From contig JBILLK010000018.1 in NCBI GenBank assembly GCA_044376115.1, positions 128,001 to 192,000 on the forward strand: 64,000 bases of DNA, in the 5' to 3' direction. The DNA comes from Polyangiaceae bacterium (GTDB lineage: Bacteria > Myxococcota_A > Polyangia > Polyangiales > Polyangiaceae). Both the position numbers and the translations under genes were made by a program. The notes under the pieces are model-generated. The model was not told where the DNA came from and made no database searches. It saw only the letters and a list, made by a program, of their open reading frames with translations. Below are positions 39,101 to 47,376 of this stretch, in pieces (within the stretch, counting starts at the first letter, position 1; each line of letters begins with the position of its first letter).

Positions 39101-39255
39101 TGGTCCACTACGACACTCGCGGTCGCGAGGTATGGAGCGCCCCGTTGGGTGCGGGCGAACGCGTGGTCAAGAAGCTCGCCAAGACCTCGGACGGCTACGT
39201 GACCATCACCCTCGAAGAGTCGGGCCGCTGCCACCTCAGCCGTTGGCGCCTCCAA
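36140..39255 (+). repeat. ~1.45-kb direct duplication (36140-37585 / 37802-39255)
   Basis: Near-identical DNA, including the last ~35 nt of the upstream effector gene. Confidence 0.9.
36175..37626 (+). CDS. Lipoprotein, family A copy 1 (candidate immunity)
   Basis: Lipobox LLAGC; ATGA overlap with upstream gene. Confidence 0.7.
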   Translation: MTLRRVAARLPPALALLAGCSPAAAPHVVSHEVESPAASHKAASHEVASHEVKSPASLVAAWSVDIGFGFKGTFPSRCDFPALLVDAEDHVIFAGRHDAISRDHEYALFRGHADGRIERVTLGPKTEQAGEILALVLRKDGLLAATLLRNGAGLELSSRPALGQPPTERRWIAGADRAWPLSEGRWLIVDGAPSHAVTTLDWPSATPARTSRPLPNAPAHFGDVYDLATQGSRWAARGEGKLKTQLSVIDGETFSWSFEETFTSTDHAFDDDGGLWISAFTNQELWPGGLGAARFPKPPRMPADVLKALNDKPRGSPGHIIVAEERIWSLFGFALRRVGMNPDRTIHTKDITDGLMLRYTREGQLAAEIHYPATAIVWPGPLLPENHGMTAAIHVEGEVPAALRGHPDLPEGFVGATLLVHYDTRGREVWSAPLGAGERQVTNLAKTSDGYVTITLEESGRCHLSRWRLQVGAQAALPSSVRP

Positions 39256-39291
39256 GGAGGCGGATCAACGTACCGCGGAGGCGCGCGATGA
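37837..39291 (+). CDS. Lipoprotein, family A copy 2
   Basis: Near-identical paralog of 36175..37626. Confidence 0.7.
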   Translation: MTVRRVATRLPPALALLAGCNPAAAPHVAAHEVESPAASHEAASHEVALHEVESPASLVAAWSVDIGFGFEGSRSCDFPVLLVDAEDRVLFAGNAYNANSGGREHALFRGHADGRIERVTLGPKTEQAGEIVSLVLRKDRVLAATLLRNGAGLKLTSRPALGQPATERRWIAGADRAWPLSEGRWLIVDGAPSHTVTTLDWPAATLARTSQPLPDAPAHFRDVYDLATQGSRWAARGATRGEGELKTHLSVIDGETFAWSFEEAFTSTDHAFDDDGGLWISAFTYQEHWPGGLGAARFPKPPRMPADVLKALNDKPRGSPGHIIVAEERIWSLFGFALRRVGMNPDRTIHTKDITDGLMLRYTREGQLAAEIHYPATAIVWPGPLLPENHGMTAAIHVEGEVPAALRGHPDLPEGFVGATLLVHYDTRGREVWSAPLGAGERVVKKLAKTSDGYVTITLEESGRCHLSRWRLQGGGSTYRGGAR

Positions 39292-41501
39292 CACTCTTGA
39301 CCTACGTTGTGAAGTACGGCGATTGGTTGGCGAAGATCGCTGAAGACCACGGCTCCACGGTCGCAGCGATCTGGAGCCACCCTGGGAATGCGGCGCATCG
39401 TGCCAAACGGGGCTCGCCCGACGTGCTCTACCCGGGCGACGTTTTGCAGATACCCGTTGCGGCGCCGCTCTCACCTCCAGCGCCGATCGAGCCGCCGCCC
39501 GCCGTACCACCTGCGACTGCACCGGCCGCTGCAGGCCCAGTGCCTGAGCTGCCCTGGCCCTATCCAGACTATGAAGGTCCGTTCTCCAGCAAGCCTACCT
39601 GGGAGTGCCCCGGCGGAACGTGCCAATGTCACCCGGTACCAGAGGACGAACCGCTGGAAGCGCATGTGATCGTGTGCTTCGACCCGCAGGGCGTTCGCAT
39701 GCCTGGCGCGCGGTGCCGGGTGGTCGAGGCGGGGCGAGTGATCACGCCTGATCCCACGATGACAGACAGCGCCGGGGAGCTTCGTGTTGAGCTGCGTGCG
39801 TCAACGTCGAGCGTGCGCGTGGAGTGGGCGCCGTCGAATCTACCGCCGCACGACTTCCTTCCCTACCGCAAGATCTACCACGTGAAGATGGGCGACGACG
39901 CTGGCGACGTGGGCCTCGAGCGACGCCTCGCCAACCTCGGGTTCTCGCGCGGAAGGCGTCTTGATGACAACGTGCGCGACTACCAGCGCGCGTACGGTCG
40001 CGAGCCCACCGGCAGGGCCAGCGATATCCGTCTCGAGGTGCTTGAACGTCACGACAGCGGCGGCGTTGGGGTCTTTCAACCACACCCGGCCCAGGAGGGA
40101 TCCCCTGTGCAAGGCATGTCCCAGCGGTCGTTGTTCGCGAGCCCCCAACCTCGCCCTCGCGAGGACGCACCCAAGCTCGGGTTTGCCCCCGACGCCGACA
40201 GCGACGTTGGGTCGGGTCCCTCCGCTAGCAGCGGTGCTGGCGACAAGACCGAAACAGGTCAGAACACCAAGGGCTCTACGGTGCCGGACGCGAGCAACAT
40301 GCTGCTCGCCGTCGCGCTCGAAGGAGACTTTCCGATCCTGGACCCGAGACAGATCCAGTTGAAGGTGCGGGCGCTCAACGTCCCCGGCATGACCGACAAG
40401 CAGCGCGGGGAGGATGTGAAACCGACGGTTGATGGCACGCCTGTTCCGAAGGGCACCATGGACGGGATCGGCTGGCCGGACCACCTGATGTACGGGTTCA
40501 AGGATATTCCCACCGGGCGCTACAAGATCTCGGTCTTCGTGGCGTCAGTCGCTAATGCGTCCGGCCAGGGCACGACGTGGGCTCTCGGCTACACCGAGGT
40601 TGAGCTCAAGATGGGCCTGCTCACGACGGCCTATGTGGGTATGAAGCGCTCGCATCCTGTGCATAACATTGATGATCCCATCCTCGACGTAGATTGTCCG
40701 CCGATGCAAATGCGAAGAAAGATGCTGGCGACTCTCTACAATCTTCTTCCAATGTCGCAGGACTTCAAGGCGGCCGAGAAGGGGATCCACCCGCCCTACG
40801 GACAAGGCTCTTACAAACCAATGTACCTGGGTGGCGTGGTCATCGTGAACGGCAAGCCGAAGGGCGAGAACACCTGCGCGGCCATGAATGGTTGTGGCAT
40901 CCAGAAGTCTGGTGCGTCCGGTTTTGGAAAGGACATGAAGGAGCACCCGAGCTTCGTCCGCTACGCGCCTGGCACCGCCCCAAGCATCGGAGACACCGCC
41001 TACTACGGCACCGACGCCGAGTTCAAGCACATGGGAATCGTCGTCCACTCGGACCCCGAGAGCGGCAACTACTGGGTTGGCGCGGACGGCGGCCAGCCCG
41101 ACCGGACGAGCGAATTCAAGAAGAGTACGACGGGCGTCTGGGGGCGCTTCCACAACGAGCCTGACTACACGAAGGAGGACTCACGCGAGTCAGCCTGGTT
41201 CACTCCACGATGGTTTCATATCAAGACACCGGAAAACGAATCCCCAACGCCGTATGTCGTCAACGCGTGGACAAGGCCAGTGCTCGACGCAAAGACGTTT
41301 GGCTATCAAGTTGTAGGCTGGTCGGATCTAACGCATTCAAGCCGCCCCTTCCTGCGCAGCGCCTACGACAAGCAGAACTCGGAGGCTGCCTACAGGGCTT
41401 GCAAGGCGCGTATCAGGAACGTGCTCGCCGCAGCGCTAGCAGACCGCGCGGTTTGCCAAGCCTTTGCCGATGCAAAAGACGGCGGGGCGAAGACGCCATG
41501 A
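39288..41501 (+). CDS. LysM / PG-binding protein with C-terminal NlpC/P60-like domain (putative effector 2)
   Basis: N-terminus highly similar to 26202; divergent C-terminus keeps NTC, PSIGD..KHMG, WVGADGGQ. Confidence 0.75.
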   Translation: MTLLTYVVKYGDWLAKIAEDHGSTVAAIWSHPGNAAHRAKRGSPDVLYPGDVLQIPVAAPLSPPAPIEPPPAVPPATAPAAAGPVPELPWPYPDYEGPFSSKPTWECPGGTCQCHPVPEDEPLEAHVIVCFDPQGVRMPGARCRVVEAGRVITPDPTMTDSAGELRVELRASTSSVRVEWAPSNLPPHDFLPYRKIYHVKMGDDAGDVGLERRLANLGFSRGRRLDDNVRDYQRAYGREPTGRASDIRLEVLERHDSGGVGVFQPHPAQEGSPVQGMSQRSLFASPQPRPREDAPKLGFAPDADSDVGSGPSASSGAGDKTETGQNTKGSTVPDASNMLLAVALEGDFPILDPRQIQLKVRALNVPGMTDKQRGEDVKPTVDGTPVPKGTMDGIGWPDHLMYGFKDIPTGRYKISVFVASVANASGQGTTWALGYTEVELKMGLLTTAYVGMKRSHPVHNIDDPILDVDCPPMQMRRKMLATLYNLLPMSQDFKAAEKGIHPPYGQGSYKPMYLGGVVIVNGKPKGENTCAAMNGCGIQKSGASGFGKDMKEHPSFVRYAPGTAPSIGDTAYYGTDAEFKHMGIVVHSDPESGNYWVGADGGQPDRTSEFKKSTTGVWGRFHNEPDYTKEDSRESAWFTPRWFHIKTPENESPTPYVVNAWTRPVLDAKTFGYQVVGWSDLTHSSRPFLRSAYDKQNSEAAYRACKARIRNVLAAALADRAVCQAFADAKDGGAKTP

Positions 41502-42505
41502 GGGGGCTTCTCAACACCATAGTCGTCGTCCTGGCGACACCTTGCATCGGAGTCATTCTGGCGTGTCGTGCCACGGGCCCAGCTGATCGAGAGCGCCCGT
41601 CTCCCGTCGCTGAAGGCAACTCGGGAGCAGCTTCGGCCCGGGTCGAGGCCGGGCCGAGCACCCCGCACTCGATTCCCAGCGCCTCAACTCCGATTCCCAG
41701 CGCCTTGGCTTCGTCAGCGCCCGGCGCGGAGCCCGCCACCGCACCCGTCGACGACATGGTGCACATCCTGGCGGTCAGCTTCTGGATGGGCTGCGCCAAG
41801 ACCGACACCATGTGCGCGGAGGACGAGAAGCCGCGACACCGTGTGTCGCTTGATGCGTACTATCTAGACAGGAACGAGGTCACCGTTCGCGATTTTCGTC
41901 TGTTCTGCGGCGAACGGTGCCGGGCTGAGACGAGCTCTGAACCGATAGACAAAGATCGGCGGCTTACATGCAACTGGGGCGCCGGGCGCGAGCTGCACCC
42001 GGTAACTTGCGTCGACCCGTACTCAGCCAAGGCCTACTGCAAACGGCTCGGCAAGCGGCTTCCCACCGAAGCCGAGTGGGAATACGCCGCGCGCGGCAAG
42101 GACGAGCGGCTCACTCCGTGGGGCGTCACCAACCCAGGAGAAGTGCGATGCCGCGAGCTCCATTCAACGTGCCCGGTGGGCTCTTTCCCAGACGGGGCAT
42201 CGCCCTTCGGTGTGCTCGATATGGCGGGCAACGCCGCGGAGTTGGTGTCCGACACCTATCACAAGGGCTTCTACTCGATTTCTCCGCTCAAGAACCCGAT
42301 CGGACCAACAACGCCCATCCCGTTTGGCTACAAGGCGTGCGGCGACGCGGACTGCTTCGCGGTCCGCGGAGGCAGCTTTCGTTCAAGCGAAGCGGAGATC
42401 CGGACGACCGCCCGCGCCTACTCCGAGTCCGGCGGTGTGGACATTGGCTTTCGTTGTGCGCGAAGCAGCGAGCCAGCGAAAGCAGCTCCGGCCCCGAAGC
42501 CGTGA
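41498..42505 (+). CDS. FGE-sulfatase (SUMF1/C-type lectin fold) lipoprotein (candidate immunity)
   Basis: Lipobox ILAC; RLPTEAEWEYAARG, DMAGNAAE, IGFRCAR. Confidence 0.88.
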   Translation: MRGLLNTIVVVLATPCIGVILACRATGPADRERPSPVAEGNSGAASARVEAGPSTPHSIPSASTPIPSALASSAPGAEPATAPVDDMVHILAVSFWMGCAKTDTMCAEDEKPRHRVSLDAYYLDRNEVTVRDFRLFCGERCRAETSSEPIDKDRRLTCNWGAGRELHPVTCVDPYSAKAYCKRLGKRLPTEAEWEYAARGKDERLTPWGVTNPGEVRCRELHSTCPVGSFPDGASPFGVLDMAGNAAELVSDTYHKGFYSISPLKNPIGPTTPIPFGYKACGDADCFAVRGGSFRSSEAEIRTTARAYSESGGVDIGFRCARSSEPAKAAPAPKP

Positions 42506-42585
42506 ACGGACTTAGGATGAACACATCGTCGATGCAGAGCTGCCAGCGCACTTGGGCGCACCGCGAAGGTCGTCGGGACCTCGCC

Positions 42586-43584
42586 ATGAGACGACGTCCG
42601 TTTCCCCGGCCCGGCGCTCTCCTGCTCCTCGTGATTCTGTCCGGGTGTGGAACGCCGCCAGCACCGCGGCGTGTCGAGGTGACGGAACCTGCACTTCCGA
42701 TGAGCTTTGAATTCACCACAGCGAGCCCGCCTGCGAGCGCATCCTCGAATCCACCCGCCCCGGCAACCTCCGCGGTCGCGTCGAGTGCAACCCCTCCGAC
42801 TCCAGCCGCAATCCCCTTTAGCGCCGAGGAGATCGCGGCGTTGACGACCGAGCGCCGAAGTCGACGAGTCTTCCGGCATGTGCTCGTCGGAAACATGCCC
42901 GGTGTTCGCCAACGCGACAGCTGGATGCTGAGCAAGGATGGCCGGGAGCTCACGCTGACCTGTGAGCATGCCGACCCAGAAAGCATGGAGAACGTCGCAG
43001 AAGGCAACCCTGAACCGCCACGATGGGTCCTGGTTGGCAGCGCCTCATTCGTCGCTGCCGACCTCGTTCCAGGGCAAGCGATTGCAAGTCACTATCAGCG
43101 AACGGGGATCCGCGTGATCCCGAAGCCAGTGGACAAAGCCGATTGCGACCAGCGGGGCTACGATTGGTATGGATGCAACCAACGGTCTTGGACGACCTGC
43201 GGCGACATCGGCGAGGAGCTTGCGCTCGCCTGCACGCAAAGCAAACTTCCGCTCCTCGGCCCAAACGCCCTGGTCCACGCCGAGGGTTCGGGTGATGAGG
43301 GCTATGTGATTAGCTGGCGGCCGAGCGCTCGGCGCCCAGTGACAGGCCTTTCGTGCGTGGTCTCCGCCCCTCAAGGAGACCCCGACGCGTTTGACTACTA
43401 CGACCTCACGGACGACTCGGCAAAGTCCATGTTGTTCTTTGCGGATCGGCCCGCGGTCGAGCGCTTGGTTCACTCGAGCGGGCTGCATTACGTCGGCTTC
43501 CGCGAGGCGGTGCTCAAACCCTTCGATGGAATCCTTCCACCGTACTTAGGCGGCACCGCGAAGGTCGTCGGGCCCTCGCCATGA
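42586..43584 (+). CDS. Lipoprotein, family B copy 1
   Basis: Lipobox ILSGC; 332 aa; paralog of next gene. Confidence 0.75.
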   Translation: MRRRPFPRPGALLLLVILSGCGTPPAPRRVEVTEPALPMSFEFTTASPPASASSNPPAPATSAVASSATPPTPAAIPFSAEEIAALTTERRSRRVFRHVLVGNMPGVRQRDSWMLSKDGRELTLTCEHADPESMENVAEGNPEPPRWVLVGSASFVAADLVPGQAIASHYQRTGIRVIPKPVDKADCDQRGYDWYGCNQRSWTTCGDIGEELALACTQSKLPLLGPNALVHAEGSGDEGYVISWRPSARRPVTGLSCVVSAPQGDPDAFDYYDLTDDSAKSMLFFADRPAVERLVHSSGLHYVGFREAVLKPFDGILPPYLGGTAKVVGPSP

Positions 43585-44579
43585 GCCGACGTCCGTTTCC
43601 CCGGCCCGGTGCTCTCCTGCTCCTTGTGATTCTGTCGGGTTGTGGAACGCCGCCAGCACCGCGGCGTGTCGAGGTGACGGAACCTGCACTTCCGATGAGC
43701 TTTGAATTCACCACAGCGAGCCCGCCGGCGAGCGCATCCTCGAATCCACCCGCCCCGGCAACCTCCGCGGTCGCGTCGAGTGCAACCCCTCCGACTCCAG
43801 CCGCAATCCCGTTTAGCGCCGAGGAGATCGCGGCGTTGACGGCCGAGCGCCGAAGTCGACGAGTCTTCCGGCATGTGCTCGTCGGAAACATGCCTGGTAT
43901 TCGCCAACGCGACAGCTGGATGCTGAGCAAGGACGGCCGCGAGCTCACGCTCACCTGTGAGCATGGAGATCCACAACGGCGCAAGGTCGTCGCAGAAGGC
44001 AACCCTGAGCCACCCCGATGGGTCCTGGTTGGCAGCGCCTCATTCGTCGCTGCCGACCTCGTTCCAGGGCAAGCGATTGCAAGTCACTATCAGCGAACGG
44101 GGATCCGCGTGATCCCGAAGCCAGTGGACAAAGCCTATTGCGACCAGCGGGGCTACGATTGGTATGGATGCAACCAACGGTCTTGGACGACTTGCGGCGA
44201 CATCGGCGAGGAGCTTGCGCTCGCCTGCACGCAGAGCAAACTTCCGCTCCTCGGCCCAAACGCCCTGGTCCACGTCGAGGGTTCGGGTGATGAGGGTTAT
44301 GTGATTAGCTGGCGGCCGAGCGCTCGGCGCCCAGTGACAGGCCTTTCGTGCGTGGTCTCCGCCCCTCAAGGAGACCCCGACGCGTTTGACTACTACGACT
44401 TCACGGACGACTCGGCAAAGTCCATGTTGTTCTTTGCGGATCGGCCCGCGGTCGAGCGCTTGGTTCACTCGAGCGGGCTGCACTACGTCGGCTTCCGCGA
44501 GGCGGTGCTCAAACCCTTCGATGGAATGCTTCCACCGTACTTAGGCGGCACCGCGAAGGTCGTCGGGCCCTCGCCATGA
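43581..44579 (+). CDS. Lipoprotein, family B copy 2
   Basis: 995-bp tandem duplicate with ATGA overlap. Confidence 0.78.
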   Translation: MSRRPFPRPGALLLLVILSGCGTPPAPRRVEVTEPALPMSFEFTTASPPASASSNPPAPATSAVASSATPPTPAAIPFSAEEIAALTAERRSRRVFRHVLVGNMPGIRQRDSWMLSKDGRELTLTCEHGDPQRRKVVAEGNPEPPRWVLVGSASFVAADLVPGQAIASHYQRTGIRVIPKPVDKAYCDQRGYDWYGCNQRSWTTCGDIGEELALACTQSKLPLLGPNALVHVEGSGDEGYVISWRPSARRPVTGLSCVVSAPQGDPDAFDYYDFTDDSAKSMLFFADRPAVERLVHSSGLHYVGFREAVLKPFDGMLPPYLGGTAKVVGPSP

Positions 44580-45514
44580 GCCGACGTCCGTTTCCCCGGC
44601 CCGGTGCTCTCCTGCTCCTTGTGATTCTGTCGGGTTGTGGAACGCCGCCAGCACCGCGGCGTGTCGAGGTGACGGGGCGTGCACTTCCGACGAGCTTTGA
44701 ATTCACCACAGCGAGCCCGCCTGCGAGCGCCTCGGCGCTCCCAACGGCCTCTTCCACAGCGCCGACCGAACCGCCTCCAGAGGCTGCAGCGTTCCAGCCG
44801 TTTAGTGCAGAGCAGCTCGACTAACTAACGGCGGACCTTAAGAGCCGGCGCGTGTTCCGCCATGTGCTTTTAGGCAGAATGCCGCACCATGAACGGCGTG
44901 AGAGCTGGATGCTGAGCAAAGACGGTCGGCAGCTGGACCTTGTTTGCGAGCACGGCGTTCGAACTCCCAACGAATATGGCTTTTCGGAGCCGTCGCGCTG
45001 GTACGTGCTCGGGAGTGCATCGTTCGTTGCAATCAACCCTTCTCCGGCACAGACCTGGGCCACCCAGTATCGACGGGACCCGAGCGGCGCGACTCCAAAG
45101 CCATTCCGGTCGGGCGCAGCACGCATGACAACCTGTGAGGAGATCGGGGAGGAGCTCACGCTCAGCTGCACCCCCACCACCCTTCCGCTCCTGAGGCCCA
45201 AGGCCACAATGACGTACTCACGCACGGATGACGACCGCTACGACATTCGATTGGAGCCGAGCGTTCGTCGCACCGTGACCGGCCTCTCATGCGTGGTCAA
45301 AGCTCCCAACGTGGACAACCCTTTTTTCTACTACGCGTTCCCAGACTTTGGATTTCGCTTGTCCGTGGACACCGAGCCGAGTCTGTTCTTCAGTACTCGC
45401 GGCCCAGCGGTCGAGCGTGTCGTCTATTCAGATAGCCTGCAGTACGCCACTTTCCGTGAAGCCGTGCTGACGCCCTTCGACGGAGAATTGCCGGCGAATC
45501 TGGAGGGGACGTGA
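44576..45514 (+). pseudogene. Lipoprotein family B copy 3 with in-frame TAA at 44822-44824
   Basis: FSAEQLD*LTADLKSRRVFRHVL aligns with FSAEEIAALTAERRSRRVFRHVL; same frame on both sides of the stop. Confidence 0.8.
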
Positions 45515-45562
45515 GCCAGGTGGCCTCGCGAAGTAACCGAGGGGAGCCTGGACCCTCTCGCG

Positions 45563-45767
45563 GCGAAGTAACCCTGGGAAGCTGCGCTAGCTCCCCGGCG
45601 TTAGTTCGCAAAAACACCAGCTTCTTGCTGCGACTGCCTCGTCACCCCGGCAAAGCCAGCCAATAACCCGCATAAAACGCTGGGTCTCGTCCACAGCATG
45701 CCCTCGGATGCACGCCGGATGCGAAGTAACCCATAGAGGCTAGCGCAGCTCCCCAGGCTTACTTCGC
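45563..45767. repeat. MITE/REP-like element with 47-bp imperfect terminal inverted repeats
   Basis: 45563-45609 resembles the reverse complement of 45721-45767; each arm is itself a hairpin starting gcgaagtaac. Confidence 0.65.
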
Positions 45768-46307
45768 AATGCGACCGAGCGGGCGCTGCGAGCCTCCCTT
45801 CGACGACCGATCCCCAAGGGTGCAACTCGTGTCACCCCGCTGCGGTAACGACAAGAACCGCCATTGAGCGATTACATGCACGACGCCCCTCCGCCGATAG
45901 CGCATTAACGACCAGTCGGAACGGCGGCCGGTTGGCGTTCGCGCCCCGTCCACGACCCATAACGCCTGTTCGTTCGAGACGAACCAACGTTACGGGAGCC
46001 TTCGCACCAGTTCGCTCGGCCCCTACAGCTGCACGAGCAGCGACATTGGGCCGCGCGATAACTCATCCGGCGTCCAGAGGTCGCTTCGTCGGTGAGCAGC
46101 GCGGTGACCGCCTATTGCTTACAGCCCGTTCTCCTGAGATTTTCGCGAGCCCGTCGTCGGTTCCGCGGGACCTCCATGGGCCTACCAACGCGGGTGCGAC
46201 ATTCGAGCGATCGATAAAACATCGGACGCCTGAATGTCACCTTCGGACGCCTGAATCTCGCTTGCCGGCGCTTCGAGCACCGTTGCCTTCCTCGGTCAGA
46301 CCCTGAC

Positions 46308-47192
46308 CTACTCCAGGACCTCGACTGGCCCGGCGTCGTGGACCCGCAGCGCGTGCTCGGTCCCAACCCCGAAGCGAGCGAACTCCTCGAGCGTCGTCGG
46401 CTCGTAGTTGACGAACTTGCCCTCGGGGGTCCTGAAGATGACGCGGTAGCGAGCCTCGCGCGAGGCACGCTCCTTCTCTCCGGGGCGCACGTCGCGCTCG
46501 AGCGCGATCTCCTCGTTGGTGGGCCAGGTGGGCGTGCCACTCGTGTTCGCGTTGGTCACGACCCGCTGTTGCTTCCAGCCCCACTCCTTCCACGTGAAGA
46601 AGGGCCGCATCACCGGGACGTCCTTGAACTGAGCCACCTTACGCGTCTTCGTCCGACTGCAATACTTCGTCGTGCAGCGTCGATCCGTCGTGCACTTCTT
46701 CTGACCGTTGATCGTTTTGCACGTCTGCGAGCTGCGTGAGCAGTCCTCGCCGCAGCGCTCCTCCTCGGTGTACGTCTCCGTCCGTGTCCCGTCGGGGACC
46801 TTGTCGACGCGGAAGACCCGCTCGCCATCGCGCGTCACCTCGGCCGCCTGTTCGGGCGGCGAGAAGCCCTCGTTCGCGACCCACTGGTAGCGCTCGACGA
46901 TCACCGAGTGCGTCCACTCCACAGCGGTGACGCGCGACGCTGGCGGAGGCCGGAGCAGAAGGTACAGCGTGGCGGCGAGCGCCGCGGACACAACAACCGC
47001 AAGTGCGCCGAGCCAAAGGCGACGTCGACGGCGCTGCTCTTGATGCTTCGCCTCCGCGAGCTTCACCCACAGCGGAACCGACGCCACCGCTGCGCTGTTA
47101 TCAGCTTCGGCACCGGAGGGCTCGGGGCTGAGTGGCAACGGCTGGTGCATCGTCCCATCGTAGCGACGCTGGGCCCGTCTGTACCCAGACAT
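46308..47192 (-). CDS. Membrane-anchored Cys-rich hypothetical protein
   Basis: TM after RRRRR; CGEDC..C..C..C..YC cluster. Confidence 0.7.
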   Translation of the reverse strand: MSGYRRAQRRYDGTMHQPLPLSPEPSGAEADNSAAVASVPLWVKLAEAKHQEQRRRRRLWLGALAVVVSAALAATLYLLLRPPPASRVTAVEWTHSVIVERYQWVANEGFSPPEQAAEVTRDGERVFRVDKVPDGTRTETYTEEERCGEDCSRSSQTCKTINGQKKCTTDRRCTTKYCSRTKTRKVAQFKDVPVMRPFFTWKEWGWKQQRVVTNANTSGTPTWPTNEEIALERDVRPGEKERASREARYRVIFRTPEGKFVNYEPTTLEEFARFGVGTEHALRVHDAGPVEVLE

Positions 47193-47376
47193 CGCGCCGC
47201 CTTACGCTCCTTCTCGTTGCTGGACCGCGAAGGCAACGAAGTGCACCGCCCTGGTGCGTCGCAGCGCGCGCCTGGTGCAGCGCAGAGCTACGCGCCGTGA
47301 TCGCAAGAGCAACTGCGCACAGAACGCCGCCGCTTGCGTTGGTACGGTGGTTGCGAGGCTTCCTGGCGGAGGTGAC

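Noticed and set aside
38670..39287. N-terminal extension of the 943-aa ORF (likewise for ORFs 41210, 41968, 36121, 37639, 26013, 11351 and 7698..8684)
   Set aside because: They overlap upstream genes or the riboswitch; paralog alignment and ATGA coupling define later starts
41498..42505. FGE-sulfatase gene as a diversity-generating retroelement target
   Set aside because: No template repeat of its 3' end and no reverse transcriptase seen in the window
45528..45767. CRISPR array or integron attC sites
   Set aside because: Only 2-3 units, in inverted orientation, with irregular spacing and too short for attC; no cas or integrase genes
45932..46306. 124-aa ORF ending LPSSVRP like lipoprotein A1
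   Set aside because: The shared ending is explained by the 32-bp repeat; the rest shows no recognisable protein features
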